This document shows, in pieces, positions 8,101-16,452 of a stretch of 43,578 nt of DNA (position 1 is its first letter; every line of letters begins with the position of its first letter). Source of the DNA: a virus (Duplodnaviria; Caudoviricetes); IMG/VR virus record IMGVR_UViG_3300048851_000038, positions 1-43,578 of that record. One strand, written 5' to 3'. Below the pieces are notes generated by a model. That model did no database searches, had not been told where the DNA came from, and saw nothing but the letters and a program-made list of their open reading frames with translations. Both the position numbers and the translations under genes were made by a program.

Positions 8101-11042
8101 GCCGTCGCCTTCGCTGCCGAGTAGCTCGACGCGGCATTCAGAGCCGACGTGTTCGCTGCCGTCGCGCTATTGCCTGCGTCCGTCGCCTTGGTGCCTGCCG
8201 TGCTCGCACTGCCAGCCGCTGCCGTGGCGCTGCCTCCGGCGGCCGTTGCACTGCCTGCTGCCAACCCCGCCTGGGTCGTCGCCGTTGAGGCGTGACCGGC
8301 GGCGGTCTGCGACGACGAGGCAGCGTTGGTCTCGCTGGTCTTGGCATTGCCTGCCGACGTGCCCGCGTTCGTTTCGCTGGTCTTGGCAGCAGACGCGCTC
8401 GTCCCTGCTTCGCCCGCCTTGGTCGAAGCGGCCGACGCGCTGGTCGAGGCAGCGGTAGCCGAACTATCGGCCGCCATCTGTGCTTCAACGTCCTCAATGT
8501 AGAGAAGCGCGATTTCTTCCGGCGTGCCCGACGTGCGGAACATGACCCGCATGAATGCAGCGGTGGCCGGGATGGCATACGCGCCCCCGGCAGTGGTAGG
8601 GGCAAGAACACGGCTCTGCTCCTGCCATCCTGCTGCTACCGTGACAGCGGACCCGGTAACGTTGGAGAGCTGGCCCCCATTGATATATGCGCCGCTTGCA
8701 TCGAAGAAATAGACGTAAAGCGCATGTCCGTTTGCCTGCGCTCCATCTTCCGTCAGTCGCCACCGTACCACGGGGCGATAACGCCGTCCCGGTTGGACCG
8801 ACATAAGTCCTACCGGATGGATGTGCGTCACCGTGGTTCCGACAACCAGATTGCCCGTGGCGGTGTAGCTGAACTGCCCTGTGCCAGGCGCCACCGGCAA
8901 ACGAAGCGTAGGCGCGAAGGTGTTCTGCTGATTATAGCCCCACGACGATGGCGAGGCGCCCGGCGAGCGGTTGCCCGTCAGCGCAGCGCCAGCGGCGTCC
9001 TTGGCCGAAGATGCGGCGACCACCGCAGAGGCACTGGACTGCGAAGCCGACGTGCCAGCCTCCCCTGCCTTAGCGATTGCCGTGTCGCGTGCGGTATTGG
9101 CGAGTGAGAGCGCCGACTGCGCGTCCGTCTTGGCCTGATCGGACAGATTCTTGGCGGCAACCGCGGCGTCGCGCGCCGTCTCCGCGCCAGTGCGGGCCGT
9201 CTCCGCGGCCCCCTTGGCGGTGTTGGTCAGCCCCAATGCTGCCTGCGCGGCATCGCGCGCGTTCTGCGCGTCGTTTCGAGCGGTCGTTGTGACGTCACGC
9301 GCCGTGGTCGAGACGCTCGCTGCCGCCTCGGCGGCGCCCTTGGCGTTCTGAGCCAGCGTCTGCGCCGCCTGCGAGGCGTCCCGCGCCGCCTGCGAATCGG
9401 TCTTCGCAGTCTGCGACAAGCTGTTGGCCAGCTCGGCGTTCGTCTCGTGCTCGGCGGCGGCGTCGCGCGCCGCGGCGGCGTCGATCGCGCTCTGCGCGGC
9501 GCTGACCGTCTCGCCATATGTCTCGAACAAACCGTCGATATCGGCTTTCGCATCGTCGACCTGTTTGAGCAGATCCACGGCGGGCTTGCCGCCGACAGCG
9601 TTCGTATCCTTGGACGTGTTCTCGCCGGTGACGTCGGCATTGTCCTGCGGCTTCGTGCCGGTCGGATCGGCGATGTCGTTCCACGAAGGCACCGACGACA
9701 GCAAAGACCAGAACCCGTTCTCGGTTGCCGGCGGCGCTGGTGGCGCGTTGCCGGCGCCGGGTGTCGTGTTGATGTAGAGCCAGGACGAGCCTTGAAACTC
9801 AACGATGTTGCCTTCGCGGTACGTCTCAGCGGCGACGTAATCACCGCGCGGGACGAGTGGCGCGGCGAAAGCAATCTCGTCCATCCCGTGCGCGCGCCAG
9901 CACCGCGCGCCGCGCATTTCGATGCGCCAGTAGGGCGGCGAGACGTTCACCTCTTGGTTCGCCAGTACAGGCGGGAGGCGCCGGCCCTGCGCGTCGAGCG
10001 TGATCGAGGGCGAGGGGATCGCGCCGAACCGGATCACTCGAAGTTTGCCGGTCCAGTCGACGATCGCTTGCGCGTTGCATGCTTGCGCTAGGGGCTGGAC
10101 CATCTGCAGCAACGTGGTCGACGAGGTCAGGTAAAGGTTGATCGGATGAGGTACGGCCGTGTCGAGAGCGGCCATGCTGCTCGCATCTACGCGTGCTGGA
10201 TCCACCGCCGCCAAGGCGCACATGCGGGTGATCACCGCCGCGGTCGACCGCACGAAGCCGTTGGCATTATCGCCGTCCGCATCGATCGTGATCAGGCCGG
10301 CGGGCGGCGCGCCAAGACGGAACATGCCCTGCGCCAGACAGGTGCCAAAGGAACCTTCGGGAATGCTGGCAGCAACCAGTGCGCCATAGTTGGCGAAATC
10401 ACCGATGTTCTTGCCGCCGGCGTCGATCAAGCTCGCGGCACGCTCGTAAATCGCGGTAACAGCGCGGATCGAGCCGTAGCCATGCACCTGATAGACGAGG
10501 TTCACCGCATCGATCTGCACAGGCTCGATGTTGCGCGCGCGGCCGAAAAGCGCCGGCTTGGGCTTGTCTTTCAGGCTTTCGCCGCCCTCTGCCGCCCCGG
10601 TGCCGGCATATCGCCGGTTGAGCAGATCCGCTTCGAACGGCTCACCGTCCACCTGCGCTGAGAAGGTGTAGCGGCCGTTCTCATCGGTGCCGTAATCGTT
10701 GACGAGCCCGGTAAAGATCTCGCGCCAGGCGCTCCAGGGTTCGCCCGGTTCGCCCTGCCAGATCCTGAGCGGCGCGCCCGCCCAGCGATAGGCGGGGCTG
10801 CGCTGATCCAGCTTGCGGAGGGCGACCGGGTCGATCTGCGCCGAGGCGCTGGCGAGGGTAGCAGAGCTGGCGAAGCTGCCGTCCCAGCCGTCTAGGCGCA
10901 GGGTAGGGGGCGCCACGACGCCCGGCCACCAGCGCTGACCGTTCAGACCGGTGACGCGGCTGTCATCATGCGCCGATACGCGCAGCGCCTTCCTCGTCCC
11001 GCTCGTTGGATCGAGAGGGGAGATCTCCAACACGATTGCCAT
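2175..11042 (-). CDS. Giant modular tail-tip / host-specificity (receptor-binding) protein, 2955 aa
   Basis: Follows the tape measure gene directly. N-terminal globular region, then Ala/Ser/Thr-rich stalks alternating with seven beta-rich domains of about 140-175 aa, then a C-terminal region reminiscent of host-specificity protein J tails. Confidence 0.85.
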   Translation of the reverse strand: MAIVLEISPLDPTSGTRKALRVSAHDDSRVTGLNGQRWWPGVVAPPTLRLDGWDGSFASSATLASASAQIDPVALRKLDQRSPAYRWAGAPLRIWQGEPGEPWSAWREIFTGLVNDYGTDENGRYTFSAQVDGEPFEADLLNRRYAGTGAAEGGESLKDKPKPALFGRARNIEPVQIDAVNLVYQVHGYGSIRAVTAIYERAASLIDAGGKNIGDFANYGALVAASIPEGSFGTCLAQGMFRLGAPPAGLITIDADGDNANGFVRSTAAVITRMCALAAVDPARVDASSMAALDTAVPHPINLYLTSSTTLLQMVQPLAQACNAQAIVDWTGKLRVIRFGAIPSPSITLDAQGRRLPPVLANQEVNVSPPYWRIEMRGARCWRAHGMDEIAFAAPLVPRGDYVAAETYREGNIVEFQGSSWLYINTTPGAGNAPPAPPATENGFWSLLSSVPSWNDIADPTGTKPQDNADVTGENTSKDTNAVGGKPAVDLLKQVDDAKADIDGLFETYGETVSAAQSAIDAAAARDAAAEHETNAELANSLSQTAKTDSQAARDASQAAQTLAQNAKGAAEAAASVSTTARDVTTTARNDAQNARDAAQAALGLTNTAKGAAETARTGAETARDAAVAAKNLSDQAKTDAQSALSLANTARDTAIAKAGEAGTSASQSSASAVVAASSAKDAAGAALTGNRSPGASPSSWGYNQQNTFAPTLRLPVAPGTGQFSYTATGNLVVGTTVTHIHPVGLMSVQPGRRYRPVVRWRLTEDGAQANGHALYVYFFDASGAYINGGQLSNVTGSAVTVAAGWQEQSRVLAPTTAGGAYAIPATAAFMRVMFRTSGTPEEIALLYIEDVEAQMAADSSATAASTSASAASTKAGEAGTSASAAKTSETNAGTSAGNAKTSETNAASSSQTAAGHASTATTQAGLAAGSATAAGGSATAAAGSASTAGTKATDAGNSATAANTSALNAASSYSAAKATAIAMMPDTLQADTLAISIVGTPESRPDLPAGWVVNGVVSPPAGASRVLAYKGYVPWESGKIYEVTTEFAVDQSDLTPAPSASPYARQLTDVFGGSTDYHTLTTTPVGQTTRMVTRFGMDVLPPAATGIVARQMTRAAGTVFARFGVLINYTNAAQQSRLKLMTVRDVTAMLAAQGSAAAAVISASAASTSADTAGQKATVATTAATNAETARGQAQTYASNAATSADSALGSANTATTQAGLSTTARNQADGFASAAQGSASTASSKASEAEQSASSATASANTATTKAGEASTFASNAATSASTAEGHKNSASTSAGVAANSASAAQLARINLLPERYDATGSAIFQGSLYGAPTASPATALPSNATETGYGPVIDVTATTAAANVDTALMGVLAPVPGRIYKMEVEYQTLAMVGSPTSGSNALAVNMRILNANYTNITAVGASFPITGVDAAPKTVSRLFSAAPSTLGSPWPVETVWLRPYARLQLVGPTSMTVRIRRITVTDVTESTGAAGSASAAATSASTASTAKTNAETAASAATTAKTAAETAKGLAETYRNEAASSRDTASGHASTAATQAGIATSSYQSALSAAIATMPDVIKADLLTPSTGIVGAPETRANLPAAQVVNGVYSPPAGSTAVALYKSVVPWQLGKIYEVAIEVAVDDNGFAAPTASPYARALNASYGASTVGERYIFTACAPGQTTRVVVRFGLGVLPPTAPGILASQVASAADNAFVRFGALLNYTTVANQSRLKVMTIRDVTAMLAAEGSATAAQTSAATASTKAGEAGTSAETASSQRGLAETARGQAQTYASNAATSAGNADTSATTATTQAGLSTTARNQADGFATAAQGSASTASTKADAASQSASVASGHANTASTKAGEASTKAGEAATSASTAEGHKNSAASSASVSATSAGSANLAAAKLFPDRYESGGQFFLGNSIGDPATVADYPSNATATGYGPVRQEVLTAASSRADFSTRAVQPAVPGRIYKVEAEFQTTAFTGTPTIYLAWRAMNAAYASLGTGVGAGAAPSAVPNNSVQKLTALISDVAQPALNVASWPAGTLFLRPFIQAQNTATSTMTIQFRRLTVTDVTEAMAAQASASAASTSASTASTAKTNAETAASASSTAKDAAETARGQAEGFRNQAATSAENAAGSSSAASISAGVAASSRDAAASFAARNLVAKGTFADGSIGTWAGAAAYLLDAGVGAIRATNRDSFETAFRPIVGARKLRVTVQGRAPGSFALFAGVQTRNAAGTSNYPVGNIAPAGSTVYRNTTVDITLPADTVEYRPIIVSDGPGGAAGHDVRVRSIYIEDVTDSEAAKASATAAATSADTANTKASEAGTAANTATTAKNNAETAKSNAESAAGRAATSETNAAGSASTASTQAGLAATARGQADGFASAAQGSASTASTKAGEAGTSASTANTHRGAAETARGQAETFRNEAAASRDAASGSASTAMTQAGIAADYATGARSDSAKSYAKAASDSQVLASQNAAAAQTSATLSAQYGLRGGNLVPNTEWVNDWQGWGQYWSSNAPNVPERAVNGPTADWYIPGQRVFYARQTGRVGAGDPHFGFYSSRIPVSGNTWYQFYMDLFAHRCDVETLVEWFDGNSNYLGVEWSGRGGADAPSGRSPNNYKRVGRLDVRSPSNAAFCHIHARKYDTYNGSADSYMWLWRAYFGAARQGQTEWNAFQSGPTADVITGQIASVTQMAGAVSDIDERTRAYLQNTVQAGTSVARLSMYAESSPGVRASAIELAADAVYIGSNRVLEIANGEVRVRGKVNANDVDLNSGRLSFVSNGYRLVEGAGLGPQSNMVMWYGPNSVAVGSETVGNSRFALGTDGKVYYGATEIGTGKTVQTVGIGGTISKMLATGEGITFSASVGVQQAQANGELKAQIWGGAGDSGQTFLTEGAGSYVGINEPGQADVVGYTFVNNGAKRLFNFSVRANNMFGGNYNYATSWLTG
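4810..8093 (-). repeat. Internal tandem duplication (domain B-stalk-domain C) x2 within the tail-tip gene
   Basis: MPDTLQAD...LKLMTVRDVT resembles MPDVIKAD...LKVMTIRDVT; LLPERYD...RRITVTDVT resembles LFPDRYE...RRLTVTDVT. Stalks are near-identical (ARGQAQTYASNAATSA...TTQAGLSTTARNQADGFA). Confidence 0.8.
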
Positions 11043-11045
11043 GGA

Positions 11046-14000
11046 TCAGGCGTTCCGCAGCGCGTTGACTTGGGCGAGGCCGTTGCCGCCGCTCGCGATC
11101 TGGAGCACCATGGGTGTGCCATTTTGCGCGAGCTGCTTGGAGATCAGGTCCAGGCGGGCGGTAGTAGCAGCTGTATTGGCGGCCAGCGCATCGACCAACG
11201 TGCCTGTTTGGCTCGTCACTGCATTCACCATGCCGCTCACATCGAAACTGTTCGTAGGAATCGATCCGCTCGACGCGGCAGCTGCGGCGAGCCCCGCCTG
11301 TTGTGAGGTGCCGCTGAGTAGCGACGCCACATTTGCACCGGCGCCACTGTTCTGGATCGCCTTGTTGGTCAGCTCGGTGATGTTCTGCAGTGCTTCAAAA
11401 TATGGGTTGGTCGATCCGTAGAGCGACCGCTGGATATCGAGATACGTGCGCGCGGCCTCGGTGAACTCGCCTTGGTCCACCTTCCCGCCCGCTTGAATCT
11501 GCGCAATCAGCGGCGACAACGTCGCGAGGATGTTAGTCTCGCGCGAGCGGAGCGACAGGCCGTTATCGCCCTGCTTGAGATCGTCGAGCAAATCCTTGAG
11601 CTGCCCAATCGCGCTCTCCTGCGCCTGCTTGATCGCCTCGGTGCGCTTGATGGCGTACAGCTCCTCAATCTGCGCGCGTTCTTCAGCGGTTGCCCCGGCC
11701 TCATCAGCGATCTTCCGCAGGTTGGCGAACTCCTTTTCGATCGCCTCGGCCGCCGCGCCGATCGGGTCCTTCATCTGGCGCAGCTGGGTGAAAACGCCCT
11801 CGAACTGCAATGCCTTCTGCAGCTGCACCTCGACATCGTTGCCGAGCTGGATCAGGCGCTGCGTGCCCGCGCGCAGGCCTTGCACCGCGCCATCCTTGAT
11901 CGCGTCGGCGATGGCGAAGCGGATCGCGGCCTCAGCGCCGTCGGTGCCGAAGTCGACGAGACCTTGACCCTTGGCTTTCTTGCTGTCGAGCGAGCCCTTA
12001 AAACCGGCCGTGCTGACCCGATACTTGCCGTCGAACTGGCCGATGCTGACGTTGTAATTGCCGAGCGTGCCGCCGAACTGGTCGACGATCCGCTGCACGC
12101 CCTGCGCGACGGAATCGCCCAGGTTGCCGGCCGCGCCGCGCGCGCTCGAGCTGTTGCCGGCGATCGACGAGCCGTTCTGGTTCACCGAGGCGGTGCCGTA
12201 CTTCACGGAGCGGAACAGGCCGCCGACCACGTTGCCGAGGATGCCGCCAGCGATCGCGCCGAGCGGGCCAGCGGCCGAACCTAGCATGCCCCCGAGCTTG
12301 CCACCGACTGCCGTCGCGATGGTGCTGCCGAGCGCCTTTCCGCCCTCGTTGCCCAAAATGCCGCCGATTGAGCCCAGAGTGCCGTTGCCCGGGCGTCCGC
12401 TTATGCCGGAATAGATCGATGCGCCGACTTGACCGTAGCCGGCGCCGGCGATCACGCTGGCGAGCCGAGTCTGAGACTGTTCAGAGAGGTTGACGCCGAC
12501 ACCCTTGAGCGACCGGCCGATTGCATCGGCAATATCGTTGGCCTGACCTTCGACGCCGCCGGGCTGGAGCAAGTTGCGAACTGGCCCGTTGATCCGGACG
12601 CCAAGCAGGTCCGCGATCCCGCTGACAGCGATGCGGAGTTCCTCGGCGGCTTGGCGCGTGCCGATCTTGAGCTCTTCGCTGGCGGCTACGGCACCGGCAG
12701 TAAGGCCGCGCTCCCAATCTTGGATTGTGTCGTCGATCGACGCGCCAAACACGTCGCGGAATGATTGGTTGAACGCCGCACCCTTTTGGTCGCTCTCGGC
12801 ACGACCGGCACGCATCTGTAGATCGAAAGCCGTCCCGTTGCTGATCATTCCAGCGGCAGCCAGCTTGCTGATCTCGGTTAGGGTCTCAGCATAATCTTGC
12901 GCAGCGGCAGTGGCGGGATCGAACCGAGCCGTAATGGCATCTAGGCTCTGCTCGAGCTCGCGTTGCGCCTGTGCCGCTTCTCGCTCTGCCTTGGCGGCCT
13001 CCCGTGCGGCGGCATTCGCTTCCTTGGAGGCGGTTGCGCTGGCCTTCCACGCAACGTGGAAGTGTCTCCCTTCATCAAGCAGTTCAGTGACCTGCACACC
13101 GCGCGCGCGAAATGCGTCGCGAATTTTGCCGACAGTGATCCCTTCGGTCTTGGCGATGTCGAGCGCCTGACCCAGCTCGTGGTTGCTATGGCCGGGCCGA
13201 GCCGCGAGCGGGCCGGTGCCAGCCCGGTAGTTGGCGTAAAGCTGTGTCTGATGTTCGCGCGATCGCAGGCCCGACGTGACGGTGCCGCCGATGCCGGCAA
13301 CGATGCCCTTCGCCTCCGTGAGGCTGATCGTGCGGCCGATCTCGGCAACAGCCTTGTTCGTCTGTTTCGCAGCGTTGGCTCGCTCGATCTCCGCGGCCTT
13401 GGCGCGATTGAGCAGCTCGACCTGCTGCGTCATCTCGGCTGTGATGCGGCCCTCGCGCTGCGCGCGCTGCTCGATCTGGGTGATCAGGCCGTCGGGGCCG
13501 TTGTACCTCCGCTCGATGGCTTTGAGCGGATCGTTCCGGCGCTCGATCGCCTCGCCGAGGATCTGCAGCTGCGATAGGGCGCGCGCACCCTTGGCTGTGG
13601 CGATTGCACCGTCGACGGCAGCAAGCCGCTTCTCAAGATCCGCGACAGCGGCACGTGCGGCCGTGATCTGTTGATTTACGCCGCGCTCGGAGCGCACGCC
13701 CGGCTGGTCCAGCGCGGCCAGGGTAGCGCGTTGGGTTGCCAGATCGTCGGCGATTGGCTTCCGCTTTTTCTGTGCGGCGGCGAGATCCTCCTGCGCCTTG
13801 ATATTTAGACGCTCAGCGTTCGTCTTCAGGGCGTCGTTTTGTCGTTGCAGCTCCGCAGTAAGGTCGCGGACACTTGCGATTACGCCTGCTTCGGTAGCGG
13901 CGAACGCACGCTTTGCCTGTTCCGCAAGCTTGGTCTTGGCCTCATTTTCGGTGAGCTTCTTTGTTTCATCCTCAAGTCCCTTGCCGGTCTTAAGCAATGC

Positions 14001-14999
14001 GGGGATGAGCATTCCTGCCAGCGTGATGCCGCCGAGCAGCACCGCACCTTGCCATCCCGCGAGGAAGCGAGCAGCCGCGCCGACCTTGCCGCCAAATTCG
14101 GTGAACGCATAGGCTGCCTGTGAGCCCTGCTGGGTCAGGATGATCAGCGCGCTGGTGCCGAGCTGCGCCTGGATGATCGAGTCCTGCAGCTGCTGGCCAA
14201 GCTGGACATACGCAAACCGCTGGTTACGCGCGCTGCTAGTGGCGAAATCGCCGGACTGGCCGAGCTTGATGCCCGATTGTGCGACGGCGTTGGCGACACG
14301 CGTGTGAGTGGCCGCATTCTCCTCAAGGCGTTGCGCCTCGAACAGGGCGGCGTTCGCTGCCTCACGTGCCGCGATGGCGTAGTTGCGGTCGGCAAGCGTC
14401 GCCTTGTCCGTGGCCGACGCGACGCGCTCGGCGGCACGGGCCACCGCTTCCTGCTCGGCCGCGAACGCGCGCGCGGAGGTCGCCGCAGCAGCGGCACCGC
14501 GCGGGTCGACCGACATGCCAGCAAGCTGCTGAGGCGCGGCGACCGACTGAACGGCGGCGGCGATGCGCTGCTGTTGCACCGAGACGAGGGCCTGGACCTC
14601 CCGGTCGGCCTGTGCCCATGCTGCTGTGCGGGCCGACTGCTCCTGCCGGATCGCCGACATAGCGGCGTCGAACTCGCGCTGGATCTGCGCGACGCGATCC
14701 GCACTGGCGCGCGCCTGCTGGGCAGCGAGCGCGTTCTGCGCGGAGAGCTGGGCGTCGGCGAGCTTCTGGAACGGGCTGGCGTTCAGTGATTTCAGGGCGG
14801 CGTTGATGCCAAGCGGGTCGGCGATCTTGCGGGTGGCCTCAGAGTTGAAGGCCTGCACATGCCGGGTGAGCGATTGAAAGCCCTGTCCCGCGCGGCCGGT
14901 TCCGGCCAGGATCGATTGCTCGAACCCGGACATCGCCGCGTCGATCGAGCCATCTTCACGAATTGCGAGGACGAGCGGGAACACGCTGTCGTCAGCCAT
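11046..14999 (-). CDS. Tail tape measure protein with an internal peptidase M15-like domain
   Basis: ATG at 14999 with AAAGGAGG RBS. Long Ala-rich helical protein with the lambda-type TMP motif QLGQQLQDS...LTQQGSQ and an internal SNHELGQALD...EGRHFHV motif. Confidence 0.88.
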   Translation of the reverse strand: MADDSVFPLVLAIREDGSIDAAMSGFEQSILAGTGRAGQGFQSLTRHVQAFNSEATRKIADPLGINAALKSLNASPFQKLADAQLSAQNALAAQQARASADRVAQIQREFDAAMSAIRQEQSARTAAWAQADREVQALVSVQQQRIAAAVQSVAAPQQLAGMSVDPRGAAAAATSARAFAAEQEAVARAAERVASATDKATLADRNYAIAAREAANAALFEAQRLEENAATHTRVANAVAQSGIKLGQSGDFATSSARNQRFAYVQLGQQLQDSIIQAQLGTSALIILTQQGSQAAYAFTEFGGKVGAAARFLAGWQGAVLLGGITLAGMLIPALLKTGKGLEDETKKLTENEAKTKLAEQAKRAFAATEAGVIASVRDLTAELQRQNDALKTNAERLNIKAQEDLAAAQKKRKPIADDLATQRATLAALDQPGVRSERGVNQQITAARAAVADLEKRLAAVDGAIATAKGARALSQLQILGEAIERRNDPLKAIERRYNGPDGLITQIEQRAQREGRITAEMTQQVELLNRAKAAEIERANAAKQTNKAVAEIGRTISLTEAKGIVAGIGGTVTSGLRSREHQTQLYANYRAGTGPLAARPGHSNHELGQALDIAKTEGITVGKIRDAFRARGVQVTELLDEGRHFHVAWKASATASKEANAAAREAAKAEREAAQAQRELEQSLDAITARFDPATAAAQDYAETLTEISKLAAAGMISNGTAFDLQMRAGRAESDQKGAAFNQSFRDVFGASIDDTIQDWERGLTAGAVAASEELKIGTRQAAEELRIAVSGIADLLGVRINGPVRNLLQPGGVEGQANDIADAIGRSLKGVGVNLSEQSQTRLASVIAGAGYGQVGASIYSGISGRPGNGTLGSIGGILGNEGGKALGSTIATAVGGKLGGMLGSAAGPLGAIAGGILGNVVGGLFRSVKYGTASVNQNGSSIAGNSSSARGAAGNLGDSVAQGVQRIVDQFGGTLGNYNVSIGQFDGKYRVSTAGFKGSLDSKKAKGQGLVDFGTDGAEAAIRFAIADAIKDGAVQGLRAGTQRLIQLGNDVEVQLQKALQFEGVFTQLRQMKDPIGAAAEAIEKEFANLRKIADEAGATAEERAQIEELYAIKRTEAIKQAQESAIGQLKDLLDDLKQGDNGLSLRSRETNILATLSPLIAQIQAGGKVDQGEFTEAARTYLDIQRSLYGSTNPYFEALQNITELTNKAIQNSGAGANVASLLSGTSQQAGLAAAAASSGSIPTNSFDVSGMVNAVTSQTGTLVDALAANTAATTARLDLISKQLAQNGTPMVLQIASGGNGLAQVNALRNA

Positions 15000-15020
15000 C
15001 TGTCGTCCTCCTTTCGGCAA

Positions 15021-15051
15021 TAAAAAAGCCGCCCGGTAAGGGGCGGCTTGC
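15021..15051 (-). terminator. Intrinsic terminator between the moron-like gene and the tape measure gene
   Basis: Minus strand reads CAAGCCGCCCC-TTAC-CGGGCGGCTTTTTTA: a GC stem followed by a U-tract. Confidence 0.75.
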
Positions 15052-15071
15052 AAGTGACTCGGCTTAGAGCG

Positions 15072-15464
15072 TCAATAAGAGTGACAGGTTGTAGTCACCC
15101 GGTTTGTTGATGATGTCGTTGAGCAGGTTACTGTTGAACGGTAGCGAGGTGACCAGAATATAGGTTCGCCGTAACGATACCGAACCATCCTCTCCACCTC
15201 CGTCCAGTCAACACCATCGGGCCTTGCTGATCGGGCAAATATCTTATCGATGCCCCGGCGGCGCCCCTCGTTCTCAGTGTACTGTTTAACGATGTAGTCT
15301 CGGTATGCGAAAAAACGTGACCTGCATTCGTCAGTTGTCCCGCAGAACACCTTGATGTCACGCTCGACCGCGGCATCCGATATGTCCACGTTGGGCGGTG
15401 CCATCCGCTCCGAACTCGCACCAGCGGTATCCAGAACGAACACAGCGATTAGCAGCAAAAGCAT
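15072..15464 (-). CDS. Moron-like exported/membrane-anchored hypothetical protein
   Basis: Likely start at 15464 (MLLLLIAVFVLDTAGA, signal-like). Visibly lower GC than its neighbours, two Cys pairs, followed by its own terminator. Confidence 0.55.
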   Translation of the reverse strand: MLLLLIAVFVLDTAGASSERMAPPNVDISDAAVERDIKVFCGTTDECRSRFFAYRDYIVKQYTENEGRRRGIDKIFARSARPDGVDWTEVERMVRYRYGEPIFWSPRYRSTVTCSTTSSTNRVTTTCHSY

Positions 15465-15486
15465 AGCACCACCCCCACCCGGGGCA

Positions 15487-16197
15487 TCAGCGACTCCGCC
15501 CCAAATCATCACGAAGCATGGACGGTAGCTGCCGCAACCAGCGTTGCGCAATCTCACGCGGCGCGACACGGCGCTGTCGCCTGGTTCGGCGGATCAGCAC
15601 GAAAGCGACCAGGCCCACACGCGCGCGGCCGGCGCCGACCCGGCCACGCTTGGGCAACCGGCGAGCCTTCCCCTTCCGTGCAAGCTGTATGGTGGTGTCC
15701 TTCACCACCAGGTACGCGACCTGCCCACGTCGTCCGGGGATGAAGGTAAGCGGCCCGATCCGCTCCTCGAACCCCTTCTCGCGGTACAACTCCGGCGTCA
15801 TGCGGCGTCGGCCCGCGCGCTGCGGGATCTCGTTCGTCGGCAGCGCCAGCCACTTGCCGCGGCCCTTTGGTCCGATCTCCGTCGTGTCCTGCTCGACGTA
15901 GGAGGCGAGGGCGCCTGCCGTGCGTGGAGACCTGATCCTGGTGGTGACGAAGCCTGCCACATCGAGCTTGTCACCGCCGCGCCCGCCGGGGCGGCCCTTC
16001 CGGACGTCTGAGGTCGCGGCGATCGCGTTGGCGAGGTTACCAAGCCGCTGCGATCGCATTGCTGCACGGATCTCATCACGCGCGCCGAACGCTGCGCGAT
16101 CGGTGGTGCGGGCCGCGGCCTTGGTAATGCGGGCCTTGTTCTTCCGGCGCCAAGGCCCGGTAGATCCGCGCGCGGGCGAGCGCAGTTCGAACTTCAC
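15487..16197 (-). CDS. Basic tail-region protein (putative tail completion/morphogenesis)
   Basis: Arg/Lys-rich ORF in the tail operon; GTG at 16197 overlaps the stop of the frameshift ORF. Confidence 0.6.
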   Translation of the reverse strand: MKFELRSPARGSTGPWRRKNKARITKAAARTTDRAAFGARDEIRAAMRSQRLGNLANAIAATSDVRKGRPGGRGGDKLDVAGFVTTRIRSPRTAGALASYVEQDTTEIGPKGRGKWLALPTNEIPQRAGRRRMTPELYREKGFEERIGPLTFIPGRRGQVAYLVVKDTTIQLARKGKARRLPKRGRVGAGRARVGLVAFVLIRRTRRQRRVAPREIAQRWLRQLPSMLRDDLGRSR

Positions 16198-16452
16198 CGC
16201 TTGGGATCCAGCTTCCGCCACTCAACGGCGATATGGTCGAATGAGGCGATCAGCAGCACCGGCTGGTCGAGGTAGCACCCACCATCCGGCCAGTGGATCA
16301 TGCCGTTGGCGTCTCGGCAGCGTAGCCAGAGGAGGACAAGCTCTCGAGCGGCGGAGTCGATGGGTCCGATGCTTCGTTGCTCTGATCCGATCCAGCCGCC
16401 GTCGAGCCATTCGGGGTGTCGGACTGCGACGACGGCGCTTGCGAGTTTTTTT
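16194..16452 (-). CDS. -1 frameshift extension of the tail chaperone (gpT-like)
   Basis: After A-AAA-AAC the -1 frame reads KLASAVVAVRHPEWL...WPDGGCYLDQPVLLIASFD...; its stop is coupled to the next gene. Confidence 0.7.
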
